Below, in pieces: positions 1 to 10,138 of a DNA stretch of 64,000 bases. A program made the position numbers and the translations under genes. The stretch is from Patescibacteria group bacterium. GTDB lineage: Bacteria; Patescibacteriota; Minisyncoccia; Ryanbacterales; GWA2-47-10b. Every line of letters starts with the position of its first letter. Positions within the stretch are counted from its first letter, which is position 1. The notes beneath the pieces were generated by a model. That model searched no databases and was not told the DNA's origin. It was given only the letters and a program-made list of their open reading frames with translations. The DNA lies in NCBI GenBank assembly GCA_038064855.1, contig JBBTSE010000007.1, forward strand, positions 238,097 to 302,096, in the 5' to 3' direction.

Positions 1-44
1 CCAACAAAGTAGAAAACTCGGATTCGTCTGGTACCGTATATGTT

Positions 45-476
45 ATGCGTGGTCGTATGCGTGGTGACTTTACATCAGTGGCCGCAGGCAAGATTGAAAA
101 CAGCCATATGATTGTCGAAAATGACAAGAGCTATGTCTGGTCCGAATCAATGGCACAAGGTATGATGATGAACTTCGCAGATTTCGATAAACCGGAAAAC
201 AAGCAACAAGGTACTACTGATGTAAACAAAGAAGTTGATTACTCGTGTAGCGCGTGGTCACCCGATGAGGGCGTATTCCAGCGCCCCGCCAATGTGGAGT
301 TTGTAGATCTCAAAGCCATGATGGGTGATGGTATGATGCAAGGTGGCATGATGGACAAGCAACCGACTGGAGGCGCGCCTACTGGCGGCGCAGACATCAA
401 AGCGATGCAATGCAAATCATGCGATGGTCTGCAAGAACCGGCGAAGACACAATGTAAGACAGCACTCGCCTGCTAG
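45..476 (+). CDS. Met/Gly-rich hypothetical protein; probably 5'-partial, since the reading frame stays open back to nt 3
   Basis: 143-aa ORF with no in-frame stop upstream of the first ATG back to the window edge. Low-complexity GMM repeats and a Cys-rich C-terminus. Confidence 0.4.
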   Translation: MRGRMRGDFTSVAAGKIENSHMIVENDKSYVWSESMAQGMMMNFADFDKPENKQQGTTDVNKEVDYSCSAWSPDEGVFQRPANVEFVDLKAMMGDGMMQGGMMDKQPTGGAPTGGADIKAMQCKSCDGLQEPAKTQCKTALAC

Positions 477-1783
477 CGGCCACCGAAACCTTCGCCACCT
501 CCACTATCTCGTCTACGAAAACGGCTTTGGGAACTTGGGCGACTTCTGTTTGCAAACGGACTCGGCGAGCGAGGTGTGCGCCTACGCACATTACCGCGTG
601 GTGGGAATGGTTTGCTCTCGTCATAGTTTGGCTTGTTGTCCGCACGAGGTCGGTCAGGTGGAAGTTCGGGTAGTGGCAAGCGATCCAAATTTTTGCGGAT
701 CAAGCGCTCGATATCACGGATATCGCGCTGTTCCTCGGGCAACGCAAATGAGATAGCTCTGCCTGATGCGCCAGCGCGCGCGGTGCGACCAATACGGTGC
801 ACATAATCAGCGGCGGTTGATGGAAGATCATAGTTGATGACAAGTTCAATACCAGTGACATCAATGCCACGCGCGGCGATATCAGTCGCGACCAGTACTT
901 TGTATTTTCCCGATTTGAAACCTTCGAGCGCTTCTCGGCGCTGACCGAGCGTACGGTTTGAATGAATCTCCGCGGCGCTATGACCCATGGTACGCACCGC
1001 ACGCATCACGCGTGATGCGCCATGTTTGGTGCGCGTAAAGACCAGCGTTGAGGTATGATACTCGGTCAAAATTTTCTCGAGCAAACGGTTTTTGGAATCT
1101 TTTCTGACGATAAACAATTCTTGCATCACGCGCTCGGAGGTCGTGCCTTGTGGGGCAATCTCAATACGCACAGGCAACTTCATCGTAGATGACGCGATCT
1201 TCATGATTTCTGGCGAGAGTGTGGCTGAAAAAAGCATGGTTTGTTTTTCTTGGGGCAACATTTTGAGGATGCGCTGAATCTGCGGCAAAAAGCCCATATC
1301 GAGCATACGATCTGCCTCGTCGAGTACCAGCATATGTACATTGGAGAGTGAAAGTGTTTTTTGCTCCAAATGATCATTGAGGCGTCCGGGAGTTGCTACA
1401 ATCACATGCGGATTGCGCCTAATGGCTTGGATCTGCGGACCGATTGACGCGCCACCGATAAGTACGGCTGTACGAAGCCCGAGCGATTTGCCAACGGTAT
1501 GCAAAACCTCATCTACCTGCAATGCGAGTTCACGCGTGGGAAGGAGCACCAACCCTCTACCCTTTGACTGCGCAAGTCGTTGCACCATTGGAATACCAAA
1601 CGCAAGCGTTTTACCGGTACCCGTCTGTGCGATACCGACGACATCTTTACCTTCAACGCCCACAGGAATTGCTTGGCGCTGGATCGGCGTAGGAGTGATA
1701 AATTTTAATTTTTCTAAAATCTGCAAAAGCCCTGGCGCAATGCCAAGACCGTAAAAACCTTCGGAAGAATTTTGTTGTGTCAT
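473..1783 (-). CDS. DEAD-box ATP-dependent RNA helicase with an Arg/Gly/Ser-rich C-terminal tail
   Basis: Q-motif, AQTGTGKT (Walker A), DEAD, SAT and HRIGRTAR motifs. C-terminal RRRTPRSPSPFANRSRPSSQSRFRRRDSGGGEGFGGR tail. Confidence 0.9.
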   Translation of the reverse strand: MTQQNSSEGFYGLGIAPGLLQILEKLKFITPTPIQRQAIPVGVEGKDVVGIAQTGTGKTLAFGIPMVQRLAQSKGRGLVLLPTRELALQVDEVLHTVGKSLGLRTAVLIGGASIGPQIQAIRRNPHVIVATPGRLNDHLEQKTLSLSNVHMLVLDEADRMLDMGFLPQIQRILKMLPQEKQTMLFSATLSPEIMKIASSTMKLPVRIEIAPQGTTSERVMQELFIVRKDSKNRLLEKILTEYHTSTLVFTRTKHGASRVMRAVRTMGHSAAEIHSNRTLGQRREALEGFKSGKYKVLVATDIAARGIDVTGIELVINYDLPSTAADYVHRIGRTARAGASGRAISFALPEEQRDIRDIERLIRKNLDRLPLPELPPDRPRADNKPNYDESKPFPPRGNVRRRTPRSPSPFANRSRPSSQSRFRRRDSGGGEGFGGR

Positions 1784-1803
1784 TTATATATAGTCTAGCA
1801 CGC

Positions 1804-3591
1804 TTATTTCTTGCGTGCGCGGATACGGTCGGCTTCCGTCAAATACATCTTGCGGATGCGTGTGCTAATAGGCGTGATCTCAAGATATTCGTCTTCGGCC
1901 ATCACTTCCAAACCGCGCTCGATGGTAATCTCTTGTGGAGGAGTTAGATCAATCGCATCGTCAGACGATTTTGATCGCATGTTGGTCAATTGCTTGCCTT
2001 TGGTAGGATTCACCATCATCTCTTCACCCTTAGCGGTGTTACCGATAACCATACCTTCATATACTTCGGTGCTCGGACCAATATAGAGCGTGCCTCGGTC
2101 CTGCAAATTCCAAAGCGCAAACCCCAGCGCCTTGCCCGTAGTCATCGAGATCATAGAGCCGACAGCGCGTTTTTTGATCTCGCCGGCATGTTCACGAAAT
2201 TCTACAAAGCGCGAAGCCAAAATACCTTCACCCTTGGTATCGACGACAAACGAGCTGCGATATCCCAAAAGACCGCGCGTAGGTCCTTCAAAAATCATAC
2301 GAACCGTCTCGCCTTCCATGCGCAAATCTTTCATGACAAATTTGCGAAGCCCGAGCTTTTCGATGACAGAGCCCTGAAATTCAGTAGGTACATCTGCTAC
2401 TACTTCCTCAAATGGTTCGAATTTTTTACCACCCTGCTCGCGGATGATAACTTGTGGTTGTGATACCTGAAGCTCGTAGCCTGCGCGACGCATATTTTCG
2501 AGCAAGATTGCTACATGCAATTCACCTCGGCCAAACACGCGATAACTATCAGCAGCAGAAAAATCAATACGCAAACCCACATTGACCTCAAGCTCACGCT
2601 CAAGATACTCACGGATTTGTCGTGAAGTCACAAACTTACCTTCGCGACCCGCGAGCGGTGAACTATTTACCAAAAAGTTGAGCGCGATAGTTGGCTCGTC
2701 AACCGCGATTGCCGGCAAGGGTTCGGCATCAGCGCTCTCGGCGACCGTCTCACCGATATCAATATCAGCAAATCCGGCGACCAACGCGATATCTCCTGCA
2801 GAAACACTCTCGGCCTCAACGCGGTCAAGTCCTTTGAATGTAAAAAGTTTGGTTACCTTGCCTGCGCGTGTCTCGCCAGTAGGTTTTTTGATAAATACCT
2901 GCTTGCCTACTGACACGGTGCCTTCGTAAATACGAGTGACAGCAAGACGCCCCAAAAAATTATCGTACGCGAGGTTAAACGGCTGGAGGCGAAGCGGCAA
3001 TGCTGCGCGCTCGGCAGATGACGCAACAGCTACATGCGAGATGATAGTCTCGAGCAGTGGCGTGAGATCTTTTGATTCGTCAGTGAGTTTTTTCTTGGCG
3101 ATACCCTCTCTGCCGATCGCGTACACTACGGGGAAATCTGCCTGCGCATCTGACGCGCCAAGCTCCAAAAAGAGTTCGAGTACCTGCTCTTCGCATCTAT
3201 CAGGATCAGCGGCGGGTTTATCAATCTTGTTGATGATGACAATCGGCTTGAGACCGAGTTCGAGTGATTTTTTGAGTACAAAACGAGTTTGAGGCATAGG
3301 GCCTTCTTGCGCGTCGACAACCAGCAATACCGAGTCAATCGAGCGAAGCACGCGCTCTACTTCAGAACCAAAATCTGCGTGACCAGGCGTGTCTACTATA
3401 TTGATCTTCGTATCATTCCAAAAAATAGCCGTGTTTTTAGCATAGATGGTAATACCGCGCTCAAGCTCCAGCGCGTTTGAATCCATCGAGATGCCTTCGG
3501 CGACAACACCTGTTTGACGCATCAAAGCATCGGTCAAGGTAGTCTTGCCGTGGTCCACATGCGCGATAATTGCAATATTTCTGATGTCCAT
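1804..3591 (-). CDS. typA: Translational GTPase TypA/BipA
   Basis: N-terminal IAIIAHVDHGKTTL G1 motif and DTPGHADF G3 motif. 595 aa with EF-G-like domain order, typical of BipA. Confidence 0.9.
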   Translation of the reverse strand: MDIRNIAIIAHVDHGKTTLTDALMRQTGVVAEGISMDSNALELERGITIYAKNTAIFWNDTKINIVDTPGHADFGSEVERVLRSIDSVLLVVDAQEGPMPQTRFVLKKSLELGLKPIVIINKIDKPAADPDRCEEQVLELFLELGASDAQADFPVVYAIGREGIAKKKLTDESKDLTPLLETIISHVAVASSAERAALPLRLQPFNLAYDNFLGRLAVTRIYEGTVSVGKQVFIKKPTGETRAGKVTKLFTFKGLDRVEAESVSAGDIALVAGFADIDIGETVAESADAEPLPAIAVDEPTIALNFLVNSSPLAGREGKFVTSRQIREYLERELEVNVGLRIDFSAADSYRVFGRGELHVAILLENMRRAGYELQVSQPQVIIREQGGKKFEPFEEVVADVPTEFQGSVIEKLGLRKFVMKDLRMEGETVRMIFEGPTRGLLGYRSSFVVDTKGEGILASRFVEFREHAGEIKKRAVGSMISMTTGKALGFALWNLQDRGTLYIGPSTEVYEGMVIGNTAKGEEMMVNPTKGKQLTNMRSKSSDDAIDLTPPQEITIERGLEVMAEDEYLEITPISTRIRKMYLTEADRIRARKK

Positions 3592-3694
3592 AAAAAAAAT
3601 CTCGCCCCGCGAGACGTGTATATAAAATACACGAAAAGTGCCGGGAAGTCAAATGATACTATTGAGCACGACATCTGTTATACTATCAGTGATG

Positions 3695-4237
3695 CACAAG
3701 ACAGATTCACAATTGGTTAGTGAATATATCGTGGGCGATGATGCCGCGCTCGAAGTACTTGTCGCGCGTCATCTTACACTCACCTATCGCTTTGTCTATA
3801 AAATGACCGGCAACGCACAAGACGCCGAAGATATCACCCAAGAGACATTTATCAAAGCATGGCGTGCACTCAAAACTTTTGACCAACATAAAAACTTTAC
3901 TACATGGCTTCTCACTATCGCCAAACGAACGGCGATTGATATGCTTCGCAAAAAGCGTGGGCTTTCGTTTGCAGATTTCCAAGATGATGACGGGGCCAAC
4001 CGTCTTATCGATATGCTCGCTGCCGATTCCCGCTCGCCACTCGCCGAGGCTGAAGGTATCGAGGTTCGCGCGGCCGCAGAAAATCTCTCCGATCCCTATC
4101 GCGAGATTATCTCACTTCACTACGATGACGGCCTTTCCCTCGAAGAGATTAGTATGCGACTTGAAAAGCCCGCCAACACTATCAAAAGCCAGCATCGCCG
4201 AGCGCTCATAGCTCTTCGTAAACTGCTCCATATATAG
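3695..4237 (+). CDS. ECF-type sigma-70 family RNA polymerase sigma factor
   Basis: Region 2 (DAEDITQETFIKAWRAL) and region 4 (LSDPYREIISLHYDDGLSLEEISMRLEKPANTIKSQHRRALIALRKLL). Start moved to the internal Met (MHKTD), giving an ECF-typical ~180 aa. Confidence 0.8.
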   Translation, partial: HKTDSQLVSEYIVGDDAALEVLVARHLTLTYRFVYKMTGNAQDAEDITQETFIKAWRALKTFDQHKNFTTWLLTIAKRTAIDMLRKKRGLSFADFQDDDGANRLIDMLAADSRSPLAEAEGIEVRAAAENLSDPYREIISLHYDDGLSLEEISMRLEKPANTIKSQHRRALIALRKLLHI

Positions 4238-4298
4238 AAGATATAAAGAGATACCAAAGACGTGCACCCTAATGCGCGTCTTTTACGTATAAGGAGAT

Positions 4299-4685
4299 AT
4301 GGACCAAAACCCTTGGCACGCAAGTCCCCCGCCACATCTTTCGGGCTCCATCGTCAAAAACATCAAGCGTGAGGCGCGACGTAAAGCCGCTCTCACCATG
4401 AGTTTGTATAGTACGGTCGCACTTGGCGCACTTGGCGCCTTCATTCCTGCATATTCATATATGAGCTCAGAGATAGCACGCACAGGTTTTTCTGAGTTTC
4501 TCTATCTTATGTATTCAGATAGCACACTCGTCATAATCAACTGGCAAGAAATGGTTTTTACTATTCTTGAATCGCTCCCCATCGTCGGCATGGTGGTGAT
4601 CCTTACTCTTGCGTTGACACTTTTGGCGTCGCTCCGCATGATCGCGCGCACATCACGCGGCAAAATGCGCATAAAAACTATTTAA
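4299..4685 (+). CDS. Membrane protein downstream of the ECF sigma; possible anti-sigma factor
   Basis: 128 aa with 2-3 predicted TM helices, immediately 3' of the sigma gene. No recognisable zf-HC2 motif, so the role is inferred from position only. Confidence 0.35.
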   Translation: MDQNPWHASPPPHLSGSIVKNIKREARRKAALTMSLYSTVALGALGAFIPAYSYMSSEIARTGFSEFLYLMYSDSTLVIINWQEMVFTILESLPIVGMVVILTLALTLLASLRMIARTSRGKMRIKTI

Positions 4686-4688
4686 TCT

Positions 4689-5171
4689 ATGAACATCGAA
4701 GAAATCGTTCAGTCAAAAATATTTACTGGCATCCTCTCTGGTATCGCTATCACGATCGTAGCGCTTCTTATTTTCCAGGCAGGCATCATGGTCGGACACC
4801 GCAAGGCAGCTTACTCATACCACTTTGGTGAAACTTACTACCGCACCTTCGGTAGATCAGGAGATGCCGTGCGCGATGCATTTCCAGGCGAACTTGCGGG
4901 CGGCCATGGAGCGGTAGGACGCATTATTAAACTCGAACCACCCACTATCGTTGTGGAGGGTCCTGACAACATCGAGAAGATTATCACAATCGGCGACCAA
5001 ACAATCATCAAACGCTTTCGCGACACCATCACAGTAAACGACCTCAAACTTGAAGATCATATTATCGTAATCGGTGAGCCTTATGACACGGGCACTATCA
5101 ACGCCCGACTCATACGCGTCATGCCCGGTGATATGCCACCACCTTTTCTTATTAAGCTAAAAGAACAATAA
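4689..5171 (+). CDS. Hypothetical N-terminally anchored protein, paralogous to 8940-9359
   Basis: N-terminal TM helix. C-terminal region aligns with the 8940-9359 product (G.II....ITI....KII..DQT.I.....I.vG..V...G....dG...A..I...P). Confidence 0.5.
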   Translation: MNIEEIVQSKIFTGILSGIAITIVALLIFQAGIMVGHRKAAYSYHFGETYYRTFGRSGDAVRDAFPGELAGGHGAVGRIIKLEPPTIVVEGPDNIEKIITIGDQTIIKRFRDTITVNDLKLEDHIIVIGEPYDTGTINARLIRVMPGDMPPPFLIKLKEQ

Positions 5172-5175
5172 TCAT

Positions 5176-6975
5176 ATGCTCAATCGCATCAAATATGTTG
5201 TGCGCAAACTATGTGTCCTTGCCAAGACACACAAAAAAATCAGTATCGCGCTTTCAGCTTTTCTTGTACTTGGTGGGTATTGGATATACTCCTCGCTCAC
5301 CTCTGGCGATGAAGCAACGCACTATATCCTTGCATCCGCAGAAAAGCAAACAATCATCTCAACCGTCACGGGTAGCGGACAGGTATCTGCATCAAACCAA
5401 ATCGATCTCAAGCCGAAAGCGTCGGGCAACGTGGTCTATATGGGAGTTACCGCAGGAGCACAGGTAAAAACGGGTGCACTCATAGCGCAACTCGACGCGC
5501 GTGATGCACAAAAAGCGGTGCGCGACGCAGAAGTGAATCTTGAGAGTGCAAAACTCTCGCTTGAAAAACTACAAAAACCAGCTGATACGCTTTCTACCAT
5601 ACAAGCAGAAAATACACTTGCACGCGCCAAGGAGTCGAGACAGCAGGCTGAAGATGATCTGGTAAAAGCCTTTGAAGACGGGTTTAATGATGTCGCTGAC
5701 GCATTTCTTGATCTTCCTGACATTATGACGGGCCTACAAGAAATATTCTATAATCAAACAGCGGGCCTCGGCAACAGCGGGCAAAACAACATCTCCTACT
5801 ATACTGATAAGACAAAGCAGTACAATGAAAAAGCGATAGACTTTAAAACAGATCTAGAAACAAAATTCCAAATAGCACGCGAAGCATACGATGCCAACTT
5901 CCAAAATTATAAGCTAGTCACGCGCTCATCAGACAAAGAAGCCATAGAAAAAATAATTGCGGAGACCTATGAGACGGCGAAAACTATCGCGGAAGCTACC
6001 AAAAGCGGCAACAACCTCATCCAACTCTATCGAGATGAGCTCACAATACGCAATGTCGTCCCCGCATCAGTCTCCACCACCCATCTCGCAAACCTCAACA
6101 CCTATACTGGCAAAATAAATACTCACCTTTCGGGCTTGCTGGCTGCGAAAAAGGCTATCACTGACAGCCGCGATACTATTCTCAATGCTGACCGCTCAAT
6201 CCAGGAAAATACCGAGTCGCTCGCAAAACTCCGAGCCGGCGCCGATGCGCTCGATCTCAAATCAGCCGAACTCACCGTGCAACAGCGCCAGAATGCGCTC
6301 GTCGATGCCAAAGAAAAACTTGCTGATTATTTTATACGCGCGCCGTTCGATGGCACGGTTGCAAAGCTCAATATCAAAAAGGCAGATTCGGTTACCAGCG
6401 GCACTGCTGTTGCGACATTTATCACCAAACAGCAGCTTGCCGAACTTTCACTCAACGAAGTCGACGTGGCAAAAATTAAAATAGGACAAAAGGCGACTCT
6501 CACATTTGACGCTATTGAAGGATTGGAAATTTCTGGCTCGGTAGTCGAGATTGATACTGTTGGAACCGTCACACAGGGTGTAGTCACCTACAACATCAAA
6601 ATTGGCTTTGATACCCAAGATGATCGTATTAAACCTGGTATGAGTACGAGCGCATCCATTATCACCGACGTACGCCAAGACGTAATCGCAGTACCGTCAG
6701 CTGCCGTTAAATCACAAGGCAACGTTTCTTATGTAGAGATTCTCGAGAGTACAGCATCAGCTGAAGAGATTATCGCGGGGATTACTTCATCAGTAGCGCC
6801 GCGCCAACAACAGGTGGAAGTAGGCATCTCGAGCGACACCATGACAGAGATACGTTCTGGTATCGATGTAGGTATCAAGGTCGTCACGCGCATGGTCACC
6901 GACACAACCGCTACTACCCAGCAAGCACCAAGCTTGATTGGTGGCGGCAGTGGCGGTGTACGCATCCCCCGCTAA
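5176..6975 (+). CDS. Efflux periplasmic adaptor subunit (HlyD/MacA family) with a long coiled-coil
   Basis: N-terminal TM anchor, beta-barrel/lipoyl-like segments around a ~250-aa coiled-coil, and a C-terminal Gly-rich tail. Immediately upstream of a MacB-like ATPase and permease. Confidence 0.75.
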   Translation: MLNRIKYVVRKLCVLAKTHKKISIALSAFLVLGGYWIYSSLTSGDEATHYILASAEKQTIISTVTGSGQVSASNQIDLKPKASGNVVYMGVTAGAQVKTGALIAQLDARDAQKAVRDAEVNLESAKLSLEKLQKPADTLSTIQAENTLARAKESRQQAEDDLVKAFEDGFNDVADAFLDLPDIMTGLQEIFYNQTAGLGNSGQNNISYYTDKTKQYNEKAIDFKTDLETKFQIAREAYDANFQNYKLVTRSSDKEAIEKIIAETYETAKTIAEATKSGNNLIQLYRDELTIRNVVPASVSTTHLANLNTYTGKINTHLSGLLAAKKAITDSRDTILNADRSIQENTESLAKLRAGADALDLKSAELTVQQRQNALVDAKEKLADYFIRAPFDGTVAKLNIKKADSVTSGTAVATFITKQQLAELSLNEVDVAKIKIGQKATLTFDAIEGLEISGSVVEIDTVGTVTQGVVTYNIKIGFDTQDDRIKPGMSTSASIITDVRQDVIAVPSAAVKSQGNVSYVEILESTASAEEIIAGITSSVAPRQQQVEVGISSDTMTEIRSGIDVGIKVVTRMVTDTTATTQQAPSLIGGGSGGVRIPR

Positions 6976-6979
6976 ACCT

Positions 6980-7669
6980 ATGATTGAAGTCCGTAATATT
7001 TCAAAAACCTACAGCACCGGCGCCATCGATTTTCAAGCGCTCAGAGGTGTAAGTTTTGATATTCAGGACGGTGAATTTGTCGCCATTATGGGCCCGTCGG
7101 GTTCGGGTAAATCGACACTCATGCATATTTTGGGCGCGCTCGACACACCCACCTCGGGAACCTACCGCCTTGATGACAAAGATGTCTCAACTCTTTCTGA
7201 TGATGAGCTCGCGGATATTCGTAGAAATAAAATTGGCTTCGTCTTCCAATCGTTCAATCTCCTGCCTCGCGCGTCAGTGCTGCGCAATGTCGAGCTCCCC
7301 CTGGTTTACGCAGGTGTTGCGCCCGATGAGCGCAACCTGCGCGCAAACCAAGCACTCATTGCCTCGGGCCTTGATACCGAACATTTCCACCATCTCTCAA
7401 ATCAGCTCTCGGGCGGACAGATTCAACGTGTTGCTATCGCACGCGCGCTTGTTAACAATCCTTCGCTCATCTTGGCCGATGAACCGACTGGCAATCTTGA
7501 TTCAAAGACAGGCGAAATCGTCTTGAATGCGTTTCAAAAACTCAATCGCGAAAAACACTGCACCGTCGTTATTATCACTCACGAACAAGAGGTCGCCGAA
7601 TATACTGACAGAATTTTATTTATGAAAGACGGAATGCTGGTGAGCGATAGCAAAACGCGCGTATCATAA
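6980..7669 (+). CDS. ABC transporter ATP-binding protein (MacB/LolD-like)
   Basis: GPSGSGKST Walker A, LSGGQIQRVAIARAL signature, ILADEPTGNLD Walker B. Start placed at MIEVRNISKTY (internal Met of the 6938 ORF). Confidence 0.9.
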   Translation: MIEVRNISKTYSTGAIDFQALRGVSFDIQDGEFVAIMGPSGSGKSTLMHILGALDTPTSGTYRLDDKDVSTLSDDELADIRRNKIGFVFQSFNLLPRASVLRNVELPLVYAGVAPDERNLRANQALIASGLDTEHFHHLSNQLSGGQIQRVAIARALVNNPSLILADEPTGNLDSKTGEIVLNAFQKLNREKHCTVVIITHEQEVAEYTDRILFMKDGMLVSDSKTRVS

Positions 7670-7677
7670 AAAAAATC

Positions 7678-8901
7678 ATGAAATCGGGCGACATTCTCAA
7701 AGAAACATATATAGCGCTATCAGCAAACAAGGCGCGCTCCGGCCTTACGGTTTTGGGTATTGTTATCGGCATCAGCTCGGTGATCGCTATGGTATCTATC
7801 GGCGCGGGCGCACAAAATTCAATCCAATCGAGTATCCAATCGATCGGATCGAACCTCATCATGATCATGCCCGGTGCACAACGTGGCCTTGGATCTCAAG
7901 TCAGTACTGGTAGAGGAGCTGCGCGTACACTCACCCAAGAAGATGCTGACGCGATACGCGAGCAGGTAAGCTTGGCACAGCGTGTCGCACCCGAACTCTC
8001 GGGTCGCTACCAAGTAACCGCAAAGGGTAAAAATACAAATACATCCGTTGTTGGCACTACAGCCGCATATCCCGACGTACGCAATATACAAATTGATACC
8101 GGCTCGTTTATATCCGACCAGCACGTTCGTAGTCTCTCAAAGGTTGCGGCGCTGGGGCCTACCGCGCGTGACGATCTTTTTGGCGAAGGAGTAGACCCTC
8201 TTGGGCAAACCATTCGCATTAAAAATATCGAGTTTAAAATCATTGGTGTCACTAAAACAAAGGGCGGGTCGGGATTTGGCAGCCAAGATGATATGATTTT
8301 TGTCCCCCTCTCAAGTGCCCAGCGTTTCTTGGCTGGAGATACTTATATATCAACCATCAGCGTACAAGCGGCCGATCCCGAATCAATGACGGAGATACAA
8401 ACGCAAATTACTACACTACTGCTCGATCGCCATCATATTGATGACCCGCAACTCGCGGATTTCTCAACACTTAATCAAGCTGATATTGTATCGGCGGCAT
8501 CAAGCGTGACACAAACGTTTACGATTCTCTTGGGTGCGGTTGCGGGTATTTCGCTTGTCGTCGGCGGTATTGGCATTATGAATATGATGCTCACCACTGT
8601 CACGGAGCGTACGCGTGAGATTGGGCTGCGCAAAGCAATCGGCGCCAAACGCCATGACATCAACCGCCAATTTCTCGCAGAAGCCGTAGCTCTCACATTC
8701 ATCGGTGGACTGATAGGCGTAGCGCTTGGATGGAGTATATCCTACGGCATCAGTTATTTTGGCATCCTGCAGACAAAAGTTTCTGTATCGTCAGTTCTTC
8801 TGGCATTTGGGGTGTCTGCGGGTATTGGTATTGTCTTTGGCTATTATCCAGCGCGTCGAGCATCTCATTTGAACCCAATCGACGCGTTGCGATATGAGTA
8901 A
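7678..8901 (+). CDS. ABC transporter permease, FtsX/MacB type with periplasmic domain
   Basis: 407 aa with an N-terminal TM, a large extracytoplasmic domain and three C-terminal TM helices of FtsX-like topology. Follows the ATPase by 9 nt. Confidence 0.85.
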   Translation: MKSGDILKETYIALSANKARSGLTVLGIVIGISSVIAMVSIGAGAQNSIQSSIQSIGSNLIMIMPGAQRGLGSQVSTGRGAARTLTQEDADAIREQVSLAQRVAPELSGRYQVTAKGKNTNTSVVGTTAAYPDVRNIQIDTGSFISDQHVRSLSKVAALGPTARDDLFGEGVDPLGQTIRIKNIEFKIIGVTKTKGGSGFGSQDDMIFVPLSSAQRFLAGDTYISTISVQAADPESMTEIQTQITTLLLDRHHIDDPQLADFSTLNQADIVSAASSVTQTFTILLGAVAGISLVVGGIGIMNMMLTTVTERTREIGLRKAIGAKRHDINRQFLAEAVALTFIGGLIGVALGWSISYGISYFGILQTKVSVSSVLLAFGVSAGIGIVFGYYPARRASHLNPIDALRYE

Positions 8902-8939
8902 TTATTAAAAAGTCATTTATTATTAAAAGAAATCATTAT

Positions 8940-9359
8940 ATGAATAAAATCATTTCAGGAACAGTTATTGGAGGCATAGTACTTGTCACAGGAGCATACT
9001 GGGCGGGCGCACACTTTGGCATTCCGGGTAGCAACCGGGGAGCATTTTCTGACGGACAAGTGCGCACAATGCGCCTTCGCGATGGAAGCGGTGGGCGCAT
9101 GATGGGTGGCGACTTCGCTACAGGAGAGATTATTGCCTCCGACGATAAGAGTATCACCATCAAACTTCCTACTGGCGGCTCAAAAATCATCTTCTTGACC
9201 GACCAAACACCGATCATGAAGAGCACTGCTAGCGCACGCACGGACATCACTGTCGGCACCAACGTCATGATTAATGGCAAACCAAACCAGGATGGTAGCT
9301 TGAGTGCCGAGTCGATACAGATTCGTCCCTTGCCGCCAGCACAAAAATCCGTAGAATAA
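8940..9359 (+). CDS. Hypothetical N-terminally anchored protein, paralogous to 4689-5171
   Basis: TM helix at the N-terminus. C-terminal half shares the G.II..DDKSITIKL..G.KII.LTDQT.I pattern with the 4689 product. The two paralogs flank the MacAB-like operon. Confidence 0.5.
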   Translation: MNKIISGTVIGGIVLVTGAYWAGAHFGIPGSNRGAFSDGQVRTMRLRDGSGGRMMGGDFATGEIIASDDKSITIKLPTGGSKIIFLTDQTPIMKSTASARTDITVGTNVMINGKPNQDGSLSAESIQIRPLPPAQKSVE

Positions 9360-9409
9360 ACCATTATCCTTTCTTCTTGTGGGATTTTTGTTTTACCTCT
9401 ATTTTGAGA

Positions 9410-9958
9410 TTATTTGCGTCCGCGTAAGTACTTGAGCATCGTCTCTGCGTCACTGACCTCAAATGGATCGGTAGGACAGTTGTCGGTAAAACCGGCTTCG
9501 GCAAAGATTTCTTTGATCTCGCCGTCTTCGACATACATACTATACCTCCATGAGCGTTCGCCAAAGCCAAGATCATCTTTTTTGACAAGCATACCCATCT
9601 GTCGGGTAAACTCACCCGAACCATCGGGGATCAGTCTTACCTTTTCTGCTTTCTGATGCTTACCCCATTGGTTCATGACAAAAGCATCATTGACGCTCAC
9701 GCAATAAACTTCATCAACGCCAAGTTGGCGAAATTCATCATATGATTTTTCATACCCGGGCAAGTGGGTCGCGGAACAAGTTGGCGTAAACGCGCCCGGC
9801 AATGAAAAGACTACTATCTTTTTGCCCTTGAACAATTCGTCAGAGGTGACATCTTGCCAGCGGTATGGATTGTCACCGCCTACTGACTCGTCGCGTACGC
9901 GAGTTTTAAAGATTACCTGTGGTACGCGTGTTGGTGTTTTTGGTGTGATTTCTGCCAT
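9410..9958 (-). CDS. Peroxiredoxin, Prx5-like (AhpC/TSA superfamily)
   Basis: PGAFTPTCS peroxidatic-Cys motif and a [14 protein letters not shown] context typical of the PRX5 subfamily. Confidence 0.85.
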   Translation of the reverse strand: MAEITPKTPTRVPQVIFKTRVRDESVGGDNPYRWQDVTSDELFKGKKIVVFSLPGAFTPTCSATHLPGYEKSYDEFRQLGVDEVYCVSVNDAFVMNQWGKHQKAEKVRLIPDGSGEFTRQMGMLVKKDDLGFGERSWRYSMYVEDGEIKEIFAEAGFTDNCPTDPFEVSDAETMLKYLRGRK

Positions 9959-10138
9959 ATTTTTTTTGATAGCTTATAAAATACCGAGCGACATTAGTAC
10001 AACGCATTATACATGAAAAAAAGTCTCGGGGCAATGATTATTTTTCTTTATGCACACGCGCCCAGCACCTGCAAGCTGTATACTAAATATAAAAGGTCTC
10101 TTTACTTCTCCAATATTATCAATCTTTTATATACCTCT

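Noticed and set aside
1811-3480. Plus-strand ORFs (91-157 aa) overlapping typA
   Set aside because: They lie entirely inside the well-supported minus-strand typA CDS and have low-complexity Ser/Arg-rich composition. Typical antisense shadow ORFs.
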